From an uncultured bacterium (GTDB lineage: Bacteria; Krumholzibacteriota; Krumholzibacteriia; LZORAL124-64-63), in the NCBI GenBank assembly GCA_963727525.1, contig CAVSGO010000007.1, positions 64,001 through 128,000 on the forward strand: DNA of 64,000 bases. Reading direction: 5' to 3'. The stretch's first letter is position 1. Every line of letters starts with the position of its first letter. This document shows positions 52,610 through 62,584 of the stretch, one piece after another. Below the pieces are notes generated by a model. It saw only the letters and a list, made by a program, of their open reading frames with translations. It was not told the DNA's origin and did not search any database. A program made the position numbers and the translations under genes.

Positions 52610-53929
52610 ATGGACTGGAGCTGGGAGCGAATTCCCGCCGAATACCTGGTGACCAACGTGAAGCTCGCGCGCAACGGCAAGGTGGCCGGCCGCAAGGGCT
52701 TCCTCCACGTGAAGAAGGGGCGCATCGAGGCGCTCGGCGTGGGCACACCCACGGCCGAAGGCCTGCCCGCGCTCGACGCCGAGGGCATGGTGTGCAGCTC
52801 GGGCTTCGTGGACACGCACGTGCACTTCCGCGAGCCGGGCCAGGAGGAGAAGGAGACCGTCGCCACCGGGAGCCGCGCCGCGGCGGCCGGCGGCTTCACG
52901 TGCGTGGTCACCATGCCCAACACCCAGCCGGCGATCGACAACCCCGGCCTCGTGCGCTACGTCATCGATCGCGGCAACGAGGCCGGCCTGTGCCGGGTGT
53001 TGCCCACCGGCGCCATCAGCGTCGGCCGCAAGGGCGACGCCATGGCCGAGCTGGGCGCCATGGTCGAGGCGGGCGCCGTGGGATTCACCGACGACGGTTC
53101 GCCCGTGGTCAGCGGCAAACTCATGAGCAACGCCCTGAAATACGCCGGTACCCTGGGTGTGCCCATCATCTCGCACGCGGAGGACCTGAGCATCGTCGCC
53201 GGTGGCTGCATGCACGCCGGCTACTGGTCGGCGCGCCTGGGACTGGCGGGCATGCCGCGGGCCGGCGAGGACGCCGCCGTCTACCGCGACATCGAACTGG
53301 CGCGTGCCGCCCATGCTCACCTGCACGTGGCCCACGTATCCACCAAGGGGGCGGTGGAAATCATCCGACGGGCCAAGAGCGAGGGCGTGACCGTGACCGC
53401 CGAGGCTACGCCACACCACTTCGCCCTCGATCACTCGTGCTGCCGGGAATACTCCCCGCTGTTCAAGATGAGCCCGCCCCTGCGCGAGTCCGACGACGTG
53501 GCCGCGGTGGCCGATGCCCTGGCCGATGGCACGATCGACTGCATCGCGACCGACCACGCTCCCCACACGGGCTCCGAGAAGGAGTTGCAGTTCGACCAGG
53601 CCCCCTTCGGCGTCATTGGCCTGGAGACGGCCTTCGGCGTGGGGGTGACCTACCTCGTCGAGACGGGGAAACTGGATCTCGGACGCCTGCTGCAGTGTAT
53701 GAGCGAACGTCCGGCCGAGCTGCTGAAGCTCCCCCTGGGTCGGCTCGAGGAGGGGCTGGAAGCAGATTTCGTGCTGCTGGATCCCACGCAGGCATGGACC
53801 GTCACGTCCGGGACGCTGCGCTCACGCAGCCGCAACTCCTCATTCCTGGGCGAGACACTCAAGGGTGCCGTGGTCGCCACGTTCCTGCGGGGAAGGTTGA
53901 CCTACCACGCAACTCGCCCTAGCCTTTGA
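52610..53929 (+). CDS. pyrC: dihydroorotase
   Basis: DTHVHFREPG, MPNT, SHAED, HVAHVS, EATPHH, ATDHAPH. Confidence 0.96.
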   Translation: MDWSWERIPAEYLVTNVKLARNGKVAGRKGFLHVKKGRIEALGVGTPTAEGLPALDAEGMVCSSGFVDTHVHFREPGQEEKETVATGSRAAAAGGFTCVVTMPNTQPAIDNPGLVRYVIDRGNEAGLCRVLPTGAISVGRKGDAMAELGAMVEAGAVGFTDDGSPVVSGKLMSNALKYAGTLGVPIISHAEDLSIVAGGCMHAGYWSARLGLAGMPRAGEDAAVYRDIELARAAHAHLHVAHVSTKGAVEIIRRAKSEGVTVTAEATPHHFALDHSCCREYSPLFKMSPPLRESDDVAAVADALADGTIDCIATDHAPHTGSEKELQFDQAPFGVIGLETAFGVGVTYLVETGKLDLGRLLQCMSERPAELLKLPLGRLEEGLEADFVLLDPTQAWTVTSGTLRSRSRNSSFLGETLKGAVVATFLRGRLTYHATRPSL

Positions 53930-54003
53930 ATGGACCTGGCCACCCCTGGCCGACCAGAGACCGGGCCGGCAGGCCATGCCGGCGACCGGAAAGGCAGGAC
54001 AGC

Positions 54004-55725
54004 GTGACGACGCCAAGTGGTAAGTCCGGAAGCGGCAGGGTGTGGGCCGGCGCCGCGGTCGTGCTGGCGCTGATGGCTGGTTGCGCGCATTTCAACACTT
54101 TCTACAACGCGCAGAAAGCCTTCAACGACGCCGAGAGGATCCGCGAGGATCGCCTCAAGTCGGGCGAGGACGTCTTGAAGCCGGCCGGCAACCAGAAGAC
54201 CGAGTACGAGACGGCCTTCAAGAAGGCCCAGAAGATCCTCGACGAGTATCCCGGCCACAGTCTCACCGACGACGCCCTCTTCCTGCAGGGCAAGGCCAGC
54301 CAGCGGCTCAACAACTATCGCACCTCGATCACCAAGCTCAACCTGCTCTTCCAGAACTTCCCGCAGACGCCATACCTGGAAGAGGCCCTGTATCTGCAGG
54401 CGGTGAATTACCTGCTGGTGGGCGACGCCGCGCACAGCCAGGACATGCTCACCCGGCTCGAGAAGAGCTACCCCGAAAGCAAGTTCCAGGCCGAGGCGCT
54501 GCGGACCAGCGGCGACAGCGCCTACTCGCTCGAGGACTGGGCCGAGGCGGTGAGCTCGTATCGCGACTACCTCGATAGGTTCCCCGACACCGAGGATGCC
54601 GACGAGATCGGTCAGCGCCTTGGCGAGTCGTACTGGGAGCTGGAGCGGTACGACGAGGCGGCGGACGTGCTGCGCGGCGTCGTCGCCACCACGACGAGTC
54701 GAGAGCATGCCTTCAAGGCGCGCCTGCTACTGGCGAAGTGCCTCGTGAAGCTCGAAAAACCGGACGAGGCCCAGGCGCTGATCGACGAGCTTCGCGACGA
54801 AGCCGAGATCTACCAGCGCCAGGGCGACGTCCTCGTGGTCGAGGCCGCGAACCTGGTCGCGCGCGGCAAGGATGCCGATGCGATCGCCCTGCTCGAGAAC
54901 ATGCCCTCCGAGTGGGGCAATTCTCCGGAAGTGAAGGGGCACGCGGCCGACATGCTCGGCTACCTGTACCTGCACGAGAACGAACTCGAGGAGGCGCGGG
55001 CCAAGTTCCAGGTGGCAGTTCCCACGGGCAAGCAACTCGACGACTACGAGCACTCCAAGCAACTCCTGTCGACGATCCAGAACTACCTCGCGGCCGAGAA
55101 CGCGCTGCCCGATGCCGATCCCCAGCGCGCGGCGCGCCTGCGCCTGCTGGAGGCGAACGGCCAGCTCTTCGGCTTCGACAGACCCCGGCGCGCCCTCGAT
55201 CTGTACACCACCGTCGCGGCCGACAGCGCAGCCGATTCCACGTCCGCGGCCCGCGCCCTCTATGGAGCGATGCTCGTGTACCGCGATCGTCTCGACGATC
55301 CCGACTCCAGCCGCATCTACGCCGACCGGCTCGTCGCGAGCTACCCGGAATCGCCCCAGGCCTACCAGGTGAAGCAGGGCAATGACGCCGATCTCCTCGC
55401 ATTCCTGCAGGCCAAGGTCGAAGCCCGGCGCGAGCAGGACCAGGAGCGATCGGTCGTCGAGACGGTGGAGCAGCCGGGCCAGGGTGTCGCCACCGGTTCC
55501 GGCGCGTCGGCTGGCGGGGGTCTGCGGCGCCGGAAGGTGTTCCTGCAACGCCGGGACAATCTCATCTTCCCGCCCCCTGCCGAAGCGTTGCGCCAGTCGC
55601 CAACGCCTCCGCCGCGCCGCGACGAGGCGCTCGAGACGGCGCCGCCCGCGGCCTCGACGCCATTCGAGACCACGAGCCCGGATTCCGTGCCCGCGGATTC
55701 GACCAGGACGTCAGGAGGCTTCTAA
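54004..55725 (+). CDS. TPR-repeat lipoprotein (BamD/SprE-like)
   Basis: GTG start, LMAGC lipobox, HFNTFYNAQKAF, repeated YP.S..A TPR caps. Confidence 0.8.
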   Translation: MTTPSGKSGSGRVWAGAAVVLALMAGCAHFNTFYNAQKAFNDAERIREDRLKSGEDVLKPAGNQKTEYETAFKKAQKILDEYPGHSLTDDALFLQGKASQRLNNYRTSITKLNLLFQNFPQTPYLEEALYLQAVNYLLVGDAAHSQDMLTRLEKSYPESKFQAEALRTSGDSAYSLEDWAEAVSSYRDYLDRFPDTEDADEIGQRLGESYWELERYDEAADVLRGVVATTTSREHAFKARLLLAKCLVKLEKPDEAQALIDELRDEAEIYQRQGDVLVVEAANLVARGKDADAIALLENMPSEWGNSPEVKGHAADMLGYLYLHENELEEARAKFQVAVPTGKQLDDYEHSKQLLSTIQNYLAAENALPDADPQRAARLRLLEANGQLFGFDRPRRALDLYTTVAADSAADSTSAARALYGAMLVYRDRLDDPDSSRIYADRLVASYPESPQAYQVKQGNDADLLAFLQAKVEARREQDQERSVVETVEQPGQGVATGSGASAGGGLRRRKVFLQRRDNLIFPPPAEALRQSPTPPPRRDEALETAPPAASTPFETTSPDSVPADSTRTSGGF

Positions 55726-55727
55726 TC

Positions 55728-56558
55728 GTGACCCCCACGGTTGCGCAGCGCTGGGACCTCAAAGGACACGTGGCCAGCAATGCCGCGGTCTCGGCTGGAC
55801 TCCTGCGCCTGGATGTGATGTTGCCGCATCCGGTCGCGTTCCTGCCCGGCCAGTTCGCCATGCTCAACCTGACAGGGACGACCGAGCTGGTCTTTCGCCG
55901 ACCCTTCAGCATCCTGGCCATCGACGGTCCCGTGATCTCGTTCCTCTACCGTGTGGCCGGTCGTGGCACGGCGCTGCTCGCCGAACTGCGTTCCGGTGAC
56001 GCCGTGCGCTGCCTGGCGCCCCTCGGGCGGGCATTCCCCGCGCCGATAGCCGGACAGCCGGTCCTGCTCGTGGCCGGCGGTGTCGGCCTGCCGCCGCTGT
56101 GGGCCTGGTGGGTGCGCCACCGGCGCCCACAGGATCTGGCCTTCTTCGGCGGCCGCGACGGGGCCGACGTGCCCTGGGGGTTGCTCGGGGACGCCTGGCG
56201 GGTGAGCGTCGACACTGCGCGCGATCTGCCGGCGGGGCGTTCGGCGTATGCCGGGCTGGTCACGGAGCTGTGCGTCGCCGATCTGGCTCAGGCCGGAGAT
56301 GCGGGGCCCTTCACCGTGCTTGCCTGCGGTCCCACGCCGCTGCTACGCGCCGCCGCGGCGCTGGCGGCCGAGAGGACCTGGCCCTGCTACGTCTCGGTGG
56401 AGGAGCACATGGGTTGCGGCTATGGCGTGTGCAAGGGCTGCGTCGTGCCGGTGCGCGACGGAGCCACAGTGCGCAACGCCACGTCCTGCGACGAGGGGCC
56501 GGTCTTCGACGCCTCGCGGCTCGTCTGGGACCGCTTCCAGCCCGGAGGCCACGCGTGA
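55728..56558 (+). CDS. pyrK: dihydroorotate dehydrogenase electron transfer subunit
   Basis: PGQF, RRPFSI, AGGVG.PP, ACGP, MGCGYGVCKGC...C.EGPVF. Confidence 0.93.
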   Translation: MTPTVAQRWDLKGHVASNAAVSAGLLRLDVMLPHPVAFLPGQFAMLNLTGTTELVFRRPFSILAIDGPVISFLYRVAGRGTALLAELRSGDAVRCLAPLGRAFPAPIAGQPVLLVAGGVGLPPLWAWWVRHRRPQDLAFFGGRDGADVPWGLLGDAWRVSVDTARDLPAGRSAYAGLVTELCVADLAQAGDAGPFTVLACGPTPLLRAAAALAAERTWPCYVSVEEHMGCGYGVCKGCVVPVRDGATVRNATSCDEGPVFDASRLVWDRFQPGGHA

Positions 56559-57487
56559 CCCTGCCGTCCTGGTTCACCCTCGACGTGGGCGCACCGCTGC
56601 GCCTGGGGCCGCGCGCGCTGCCCGGCCGCGTCTGGACGGCATCCGGATGCTTCGGCTACGGGCTGGTCGGCCACGACATGGCCAGCGAGGACATCCCGAG
56701 TCCCTACGCCGGGCTGGGCGCCGTCGTCACCAAGACGGTCACGCCCCTGCCGCGCCCGGGCAACCCGATGCCGCGGCTGGTGGAGTTGCCGACGGGCGCC
56801 ATCAACAGCATCGGACTGGAGAATGTGGGCTTCACGGCCTTCGTCCAGGAGACGTTGCCGGAGCTGGAGCGCCTCGGTGTGCCCACCGTGGTCAGCCTCG
56901 CGGCCACCGTGCCGGCCCAGTTCGGCGAGATGTGCACCATGCTTCACGCGGCGGCCCACGATTTCGTGCACTGGCATGGCGTGGAGCTGAATCTCTCGTG
57001 TCCGAACATCGCCGAGGGCGGGCACGACTTCGGCAGCGACCCTGCCACCGTACGGGCGTGCCTCGAGGCGGCACGGCCGCACCTGCCCGATCGCGCCCTC
57101 ATCGCCAAGCTCACGCCCAACGTGGCGCGCATCGCCCCCCTCGCCGCAGCCGCCGCCGAAGGTGGCGCCGACGCGGTGGCTGCCGTCAACACGGTCGTGG
57201 GGCTGGACGTGGATCTACGCAGCGGTCAGCCGGTACTGCCGCGGCGCTTCGGCGGATATTCCGGACCGGCCATCCTGCCCATCGCCCTGGCCAAGGTCGA
57301 TGAGATCGTCCGCCAGGTGGGCGTGCCGGTGGTAGGCGTGGGCGGTATCCAGCGGGCGACCGACGCCCTCAAGTTCTTCGCTCTGGGAGCCGTCGCCGTG
57401 CAGGTGGGTACGGCCCAGATGCGCGACCCGTTCGCGGCCGCCCAGGTCGTGAGGGATCTTGCCCCGGGGACGCCACCACGAGCGTGA
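56555..57487 (+). CDS. pyrD: dihydroorotate dehydrogenase (family 1B) catalytic subunit
   Basis: TASGCFG, VTKT, GNP.PR, NSIGL.N, ELNLSCPN, KLTPN, GGYSGPAI; GTG overlaps the pyrK stop. Confidence 0.94.
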   Translation: MTLPSWFTLDVGAPLRLGPRALPGRVWTASGCFGYGLVGHDMASEDIPSPYAGLGAVVTKTVTPLPRPGNPMPRLVELPTGAINSIGLENVGFTAFVQETLPELERLGVPTVVSLAATVPAQFGEMCTMLHAAAHDFVHWHGVELNLSCPNIAEGGHDFGSDPATVRACLEAARPHLPDRALIAKLTPNVARIAPLAAAAAEGGADAVAAVNTVVGLDVDLRSGQPVLPRRFGGYSGPAILPIALAKVDEIVRQVGVPVVGVGGIQRATDALKFFALGAVAVQVGTAQMRDPFAAAQVVRDLAPGTPPRA

Positions 57488-57509
57488 CATCCCCGGAGTC
57501 GCAACCGTC

Positions 57510-59759
57510 CTACGCCGGCGCGATGGCGAAGGCGCGCAGATCGATCTGCAGCGGATCGTCGGCGCGCGGAGCGTCGAGACCACTCAGCCGCTGGTAACCA
57601 TTCGTCGCCAGCGCGTAGACGTGCAGGGCCTCGGCGAATGCCGCGCGTTCGCAGGGTATGTCGCCGGGGGCCACCCCGCTGGCCAGCAGCGTGCCGACCT
57701 CGATGCCCTTGACGAACGTGTCGCCCGCGCGCGCGAAACCGTTCACGCTGGCATCTTCCACGAGACCGGTGGCCGTGGCCTCGCTCACCTCCGTGGCCAC
57801 GCGCACCACGCGGAAGTGGAACGACGCGAAGTCGGCCGGGTGGCTCGCACGGAAGACGATACGCGCCAGGTCGGCCTTGCCGGCGTACTCGAGGAAGCCG
57901 CACGGCCCCGCGGGCACGCCACCGATGGTGACCTCGTCGATCGTCCCGAAGCACACCCGGTTGTCCACGTGGAGCACCAGCCGGTAGCCGACCACGTGTC
58001 CGGTACCCGTATCGATGAGCAGGCGATCGTTCGTCGCGGCCGTCGTGGTGTACGTGCCCTCGACGAGCGGTGCCGGATCGGTGATCTCGTACAGCTCCAC
58101 GCCCGCGGCGGTGAGGTCGACGCGCGTCATCCCACCGCCTGACTGGCGGAACAGTTCGAGCTTCAGCTCGACCTTGCCGGGTGCGAGGTCGGCGGTGGCG
58201 AAGTGCGCGCTGGCGAGGTCGAATCCCTCGTCCAGCACTTCCCAGTCCTCGCCGCCTGGCGGCAGGACGGGATCGATGATCGTGAACGATCCCGGCACGG
58301 TGGTGTCGGGGCCGATCTGCACCGACTTGTACACGGTGGGATCGCCCGGCGGCGTGGTCTCGCGGTAGTGGCGCGACACCGGGAGGTCAATCACGTGCCA
58401 GTCGCTCTCGTCGGTGCTGCCCAGGGGGCGATGCGACCAGCGATAGTGGGTGATGCCGGCCGCCGCGAGCCCGCTGCCGAAGTCGACGCGCGGCTCCAGC
58501 GTCGCGGCGAACGGTGAGGGCTTGGTGGCATGGATCCAGCCCTCGCGGACCTGTCCTTCCTTCGCCTTCTCGGCCGGTACTGGCGAGTCGCCGTAGATCT
58601 CGCCCATGCTCACCTGCCGCCCGATGGTCTTCACGACCACCTTCTTGCCCAGCAGCTCCGGCCGGTCGCCGCAACCGGGCACGCGCGGATCGGTGATGCG
58701 GATGGTGACGTCGGTGCCGCAGGCGTAGTTCCAGTAGGTGTGGCAACGCATGGTCGGCCGGTACACCGTCTCCCAGGTGCCACCGATCGCGTACTCGACC
58801 CAGAAGAACAGGTCGGGATGGTCGCCAGGGCAGGGGTACCAGATCGTGGCGTCGAAGACACCGTGGCTGTCGGTCTCGATCACGGCCAGCTCATCGCACC
58901 GGTAGCGGTACCATGGCCACAGCCAGTCCCAGTGGCACCAGTAGAACCGGATCAGGTCGACGTGCGCGATCAATGCTTCGCGCAGCAACGCCGTCGACGA
59001 CGACGCGAGCGCGCCGTGCAGTGCGAGCGGGATCGCCGGCGTCTGCGCCTCGAGCGCGAACGCACGCAACTCGCGCGGGGGCAGCGGCTGCGGGTTGAGG
59101 GCCACGGCGTCGAGGCGCCCGAACACATTCGCGGCGCGCTGAAGCACGGGCGCCGGGTCGATCGTGCCGGGATCGATCGAAACAGGATGGATCCCATGGA
59201 GCGGTCCTGGATCCGGGATGGGGAGAGGCTTGCGGACAGCCACCAGCAACTCGTCGCGCAGGCGCCGCAGGAGATCGTCCGGGAGCTGGGCGATGATCCA
59301 CGGCAGGCGGTCCACCTCGCACACGTGTACGCGGGCGTGGCACACGGGCTTCTCGTAGGTGACCCCACCGAGGGTTTCCACCTTGATCACGTGGCCGCGC
59401 ACGCGACAGGAACACCAGAACCAGTGCGGCCAGAAGATCTCGGGCACTGGCAGCAGCTCGTACATGTCCTGACCGCGCACGAACGAAAACATGGGTTCGT
59501 AGGCGTTGCGGCGAGCCATGCTCTGAAGCGTGGGCGGCGCCGTGCGATCCGACGGCGCCACGGGCGCGACGTAGAGGCGCGCGCGCTTCAACTGCGCGGG
59601 ACCGAGTTCGAGCGCGGCCTCGCCGTCCTTCAGGGCGCCGCGGGCCAGGAGTTCGCCGGCGGCGTCGAAGGCGAAGATGGCGGCCTCGATGGGTTTGTCG
59701 GGCTGTCCCGCGAAGCCCACCCGGAAACGGATCGGGCGCGTGTCGTCTTTTTTAGCCAT
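57510..59759 (-). CDS. large hypothetical protein with ALNPQPLPP motif
   Basis: GAGGAGG RBS before MAKKDD; ~749 aa open frame with host-like codon use; no function recognised. Confidence 0.8.
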   Translation of the reverse strand: MAKKDDTRPIRFRVGFAGQPDKPIEAAIFAFDAAGELLARGALKDGEAALELGPAQLKRARLYVAPVAPSDRTAPPTLQSMARRNAYEPMFSFVRGQDMYELLPVPEIFWPHWFWCSCRVRGHVIKVETLGGVTYEKPVCHARVHVCEVDRLPWIIAQLPDDLLRRLRDELLVAVRKPLPIPDPGPLHGIHPVSIDPGTIDPAPVLQRAANVFGRLDAVALNPQPLPPRELRAFALEAQTPAIPLALHGALASSSTALLREALIAHVDLIRFYWCHWDWLWPWYRYRCDELAVIETDSHGVFDATIWYPCPGDHPDLFFWVEYAIGGTWETVYRPTMRCHTYWNYACGTDVTIRITDPRVPGCGDRPELLGKKVVVKTIGRQVSMGEIYGDSPVPAEKAKEGQVREGWIHATKPSPFAATLEPRVDFGSGLAAAGITHYRWSHRPLGSTDESDWHVIDLPVSRHYRETTPPGDPTVYKSVQIGPDTTVPGSFTIIDPVLPPGGEDWEVLDEGFDLASAHFATADLAPGKVELKLELFRQSGGGMTRVDLTAAGVELYEITDPAPLVEGTYTTTAATNDRLLIDTGTGHVVGYRLVLHVDNRVCFGTIDEVTIGGVPAGPCGFLEYAGKADLARIVFRASHPADFASFHFRVVRVATEVSEATATGLVEDASVNGFARAGDTFVKGIEVGTLLASGVAPGDIPCERAAFAEALHVYALATNGYQRLSGLDAPRADDPLQIDLRAFAIAPA

Positions 59760-60224
59760 GGTGTTGCCTCCTCGATGGCAATGGGGCGAGCGGAGGGTGA
59801 GGAAATCCACTCCGACGCGCGAGTACTAGCACAGGCGGGATCGACCGGGGTGTAAATAAATCCTGATTTAATATTTTTGATGGTAACGACTTACATGTAA
59901 TCACGGAAAGGTAAAAACCGTCCGACACGCGCAAGCGGCGGACCCAGAAACTCGGGATGTCGCGGCGCAGGCGCGCACTCGCGGGCGGAGCCAAGGCGGC
60001 GTACCTGCGCGAGCAGATCGCCGAGGCCGGGCAGCAGATCCTGAGGAGGAGGGGGGCATCTCGCAGGGGCCGGGAAAACCCAGCCGGGGCCTGAATCGAG
60101 TCCCAGCCTATCTTGACTGGTTGCTGTGGTCTGGCCATTCACGACAAGCGGGAATACGAGGTCCACATCCGACTCTCCTATCATGTGTGAATCGTCATGC
60201 ACAAGATGAAATGGGGGAGTCCTC

Positions 60225-61727
60225 ATGCGACCTACGATCCTGAACCTGATTGCCGGCTCCTTGCTAGCGGGCTCCTTGCTGGCCGGTGCCGCTCTGGCCG
60301 ACGGTGTCGCCACGCGCGACACCACGTATCTGCTCGGCGGCCCCGAGCGCTGGGATGGCCGTTTCGAGACGCCCGACGGTCAGCCCGACTGGCATGGCTG
60401 GACCTACGCCGAGGGCTTCGATCCGCACTGGCAGATCAGTGGGTACCAGGTGCCGCCCGGTGGCGGTACCTACACCATGTGGTGCGGCAAGACCTTCGCG
60501 AACGACTGTGCCGAGGGTTATGGCAACGACTGGACGGATGATCTCGTGTACACCGACATTGTTGCGAACCCGAACGTCGACAACGACATCAAGCTCGAGT
60601 GCGTGTTCAACTGCGATCTCGAGGAGGGACACGACACACTCGTGTTCCAGATGCTGCGCAACGATCAATGGCTGACCATCGCCGGTCCCTACGGTGGCCA
60701 CCTCGTCGGCGAGATCCTGGACGTGACGGTCACCTTCCATCCCGGCGATTACATCGGGCCATTCGGCGACATCATCCAGCTCCGAGCCCTCGTGACCACC
60801 GACGGTGCAGGTTCTGACGAGGACTGTCTCTTCGACTCCGTGGGAGCTTGTCAGATCGACAACCTCCGGGTCACTTTCCCGGATGGGTTCTCGCGCTACG
60901 AGGATTGGGAGGACCAATCGGCCGAATTCTGGCACCCCACGTTCCCGCCGCACTATGTCGTGCCCCAGCTCGGCGCCAACCTCCCCGACCCGGACCCTGA
61001 TCAGGACAACACGTCCTGGCAGGTGAACTGGCTCGACTACGTCGATCCGCCCGGCGATCCCGACGAGCTGTTCACGGGCCTGATCTACTCGCCGCCTCTC
61101 GCCATGCCCGACGAGGTCGACGCGATGATCCTGGCCTTCGACGTCTGCGTGAACAACCAGGATCTCTTCTACGAATGGCACGTTCGTTCGACGGCGTCGG
61201 ATAACCCGGACGATCTCCAGGGCGCCGCCTGGGTCAATGAGAATTTCCTCAACTTCAGCACCCCCGGTTTCCACCGCCTGGAACGGCAGGTCAGCGGGCT
61301 GCTCGTGCCGGGGGCCCGGTGGATGCAGGTGAGCATCGACGCTCTCGAGATCTTCACGTTCATGAACCTCCAGGGTGAGGACACGCCGTACTTCGACAAC
61401 GTCGTGGTGAAGGCGGCGGTGCCGGCCGGACCCACGGGCGTGCCGCAGAGCGGTGGTTTCCTGGTGCGCGCATATCCCAATCCGTTCAATCCGCTCACGA
61501 CGATCGCGTTCGAGATGCCGGAGGCCAGATGGGCGGAGGTGACAGTATTCGATCTGCGCGGGCGGCTGGTGCGGCGGCTGGTCGCGGGGGAATTCGGCGC
61601 CGGGCGGCAGGAGGTCGAATGGGACGGGCGGGATGATGCCCGCATGTCCGTGGCCGCGGGATCCTATCTGTGCCGGGTGCGGGCGGGCGAGCGGCAGGCG
61701 GTCATTCGTATGACGCTGGTGCGGTGA
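60225..61727 (+). CDS. acidic secreted protein with FlgD-Ig sorting domain
   Basis: Signal peptide, WHGWT, GYGNDW, YPNPFNP..FDLRGRLVR..WDGRD. Confidence 0.85.
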   Translation: MRPTILNLIAGSLLAGSLLAGAALADGVATRDTTYLLGGPERWDGRFETPDGQPDWHGWTYAEGFDPHWQISGYQVPPGGGTYTMWCGKTFANDCAEGYGNDWTDDLVYTDIVANPNVDNDIKLECVFNCDLEEGHDTLVFQMLRNDQWLTIAGPYGGHLVGEILDVTVTFHPGDYIGPFGDIIQLRALVTTDGAGSDEDCLFDSVGACQIDNLRVTFPDGFSRYEDWEDQSAEFWHPTFPPHYVVPQLGANLPDPDPDQDNTSWQVNWLDYVDPPGDPDELFTGLIYSPPLAMPDEVDAMILAFDVCVNNQDLFYEWHVRSTASDNPDDLQGAAWVNENFLNFSTPGFHRLERQVSGLLVPGARWMQVSIDALEIFTFMNLQGEDTPYFDNVVVKAAVPAGPTGVPQSGGFLVRAYPNPFNPLTTIAFEMPEARWAEVTVFDLRGRLVRRLVAGEFGAGRQEVEWDGRDDARMSVAAGSYLCRVRAGERQAVIRMTLVR

Positions 61728-61975
61728 GGCGGGTTGGCCGGGGCCACTACGTTGCCGGCGCGATCGACGGGTTGGCGTGTTCGGCACGGCGGTCAGCATC
61801 GTCTCGCACGCCAGGGAATCCGTGGCCTTGTCGACTCCTCGATACGGATGGTGCCGGTATCGGGTAGCGTCGCCTCCGGCGCGGCGATCGCGGCGACGGC
61901 TCCCGGATGTCACCGCGTGGTGATGATTCCGACGATTTAAGTAGACTTTTTTCCCGCCATTGATACCATGTTGTC

Positions 61976-62578
61976 ATGGATGGCCAGACGACACCTCGCG
62001 ACGACGCCGAGCGCACTCATCACGTGACGGTTGTGCTGCACGCCGCGCGGGGAGGCGACCCGGGTGCGCTCAGCGAGGCATTTCAGCTGGTCTACGAGGA
62101 CGTGCGGGCCATCGCCCGGGCGCGAGTGTCGCGTCTCGGCGTTGGCTCGACGCTCGACACCACCGCCGTCGTGCACGAGGCCTACCTCAAGCTCGCACGG
62201 CACGGCGAAATGGCGTGGGAGGACCGGCAGCATTTCTTTGCCGTCGCATCGGCCGCCATGCGCCAGGTCCTGCTGGACCACGCGCGCCGCCACCTGAGTA
62301 TCAAGCGAGGCGGCGGTGCCGCACACGTGCCGCTCACCGACGTCGACGCCGCCATCGACGTCCAGGCCCGCGACGTCGTCGCCCTTGACGCGGCCCTGAC
62401 CCGCCTCGCCGCCCTGGACGCTCAGCTGGCGCGCGTCGTAGAACTGCGTTTCTTCGGTGGCCTCACGGTCGAGGAAGCGGCGCAGGCACTTGGCGTGAGC
62501 GAATCCACCGTCAATCGGGCCTGGCGACGGGCCCGCGCGTTCCTCCACCGTCAACTCGTCGGCTCCACCGCCGTCTGA
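61976..62578 (+). CDS. ECF sigma factor, TIGR02999/ECF43-like
   Basis: STLDTTAVVHEAYLKL, MRQVLLDHARR..KRGG, VELRFFGGLT.EE. Confidence 0.92.
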   Translation: MDGQTTPRDDAERTHHVTVVLHAARGGDPGALSEAFQLVYEDVRAIARARVSRLGVGSTLDTTAVVHEAYLKLARHGEMAWEDRQHFFAVASAAMRQVLLDHARRHLSIKRGGGAAHVPLTDVDAAIDVQARDVVALDAALTRLAALDAQLARVVELRFFGGLTVEEAAQALGVSESTVNRAWRRARAFLHRQLVGSTAV

Positions 62579-62584
62579 GCAACC

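Noticed and set aside
59850-59920. AT-rich patch as a dif or replication-origin site
   Set aside because: No convincing XerC/D or DnaA boxes; more simply a divergent promoter region.
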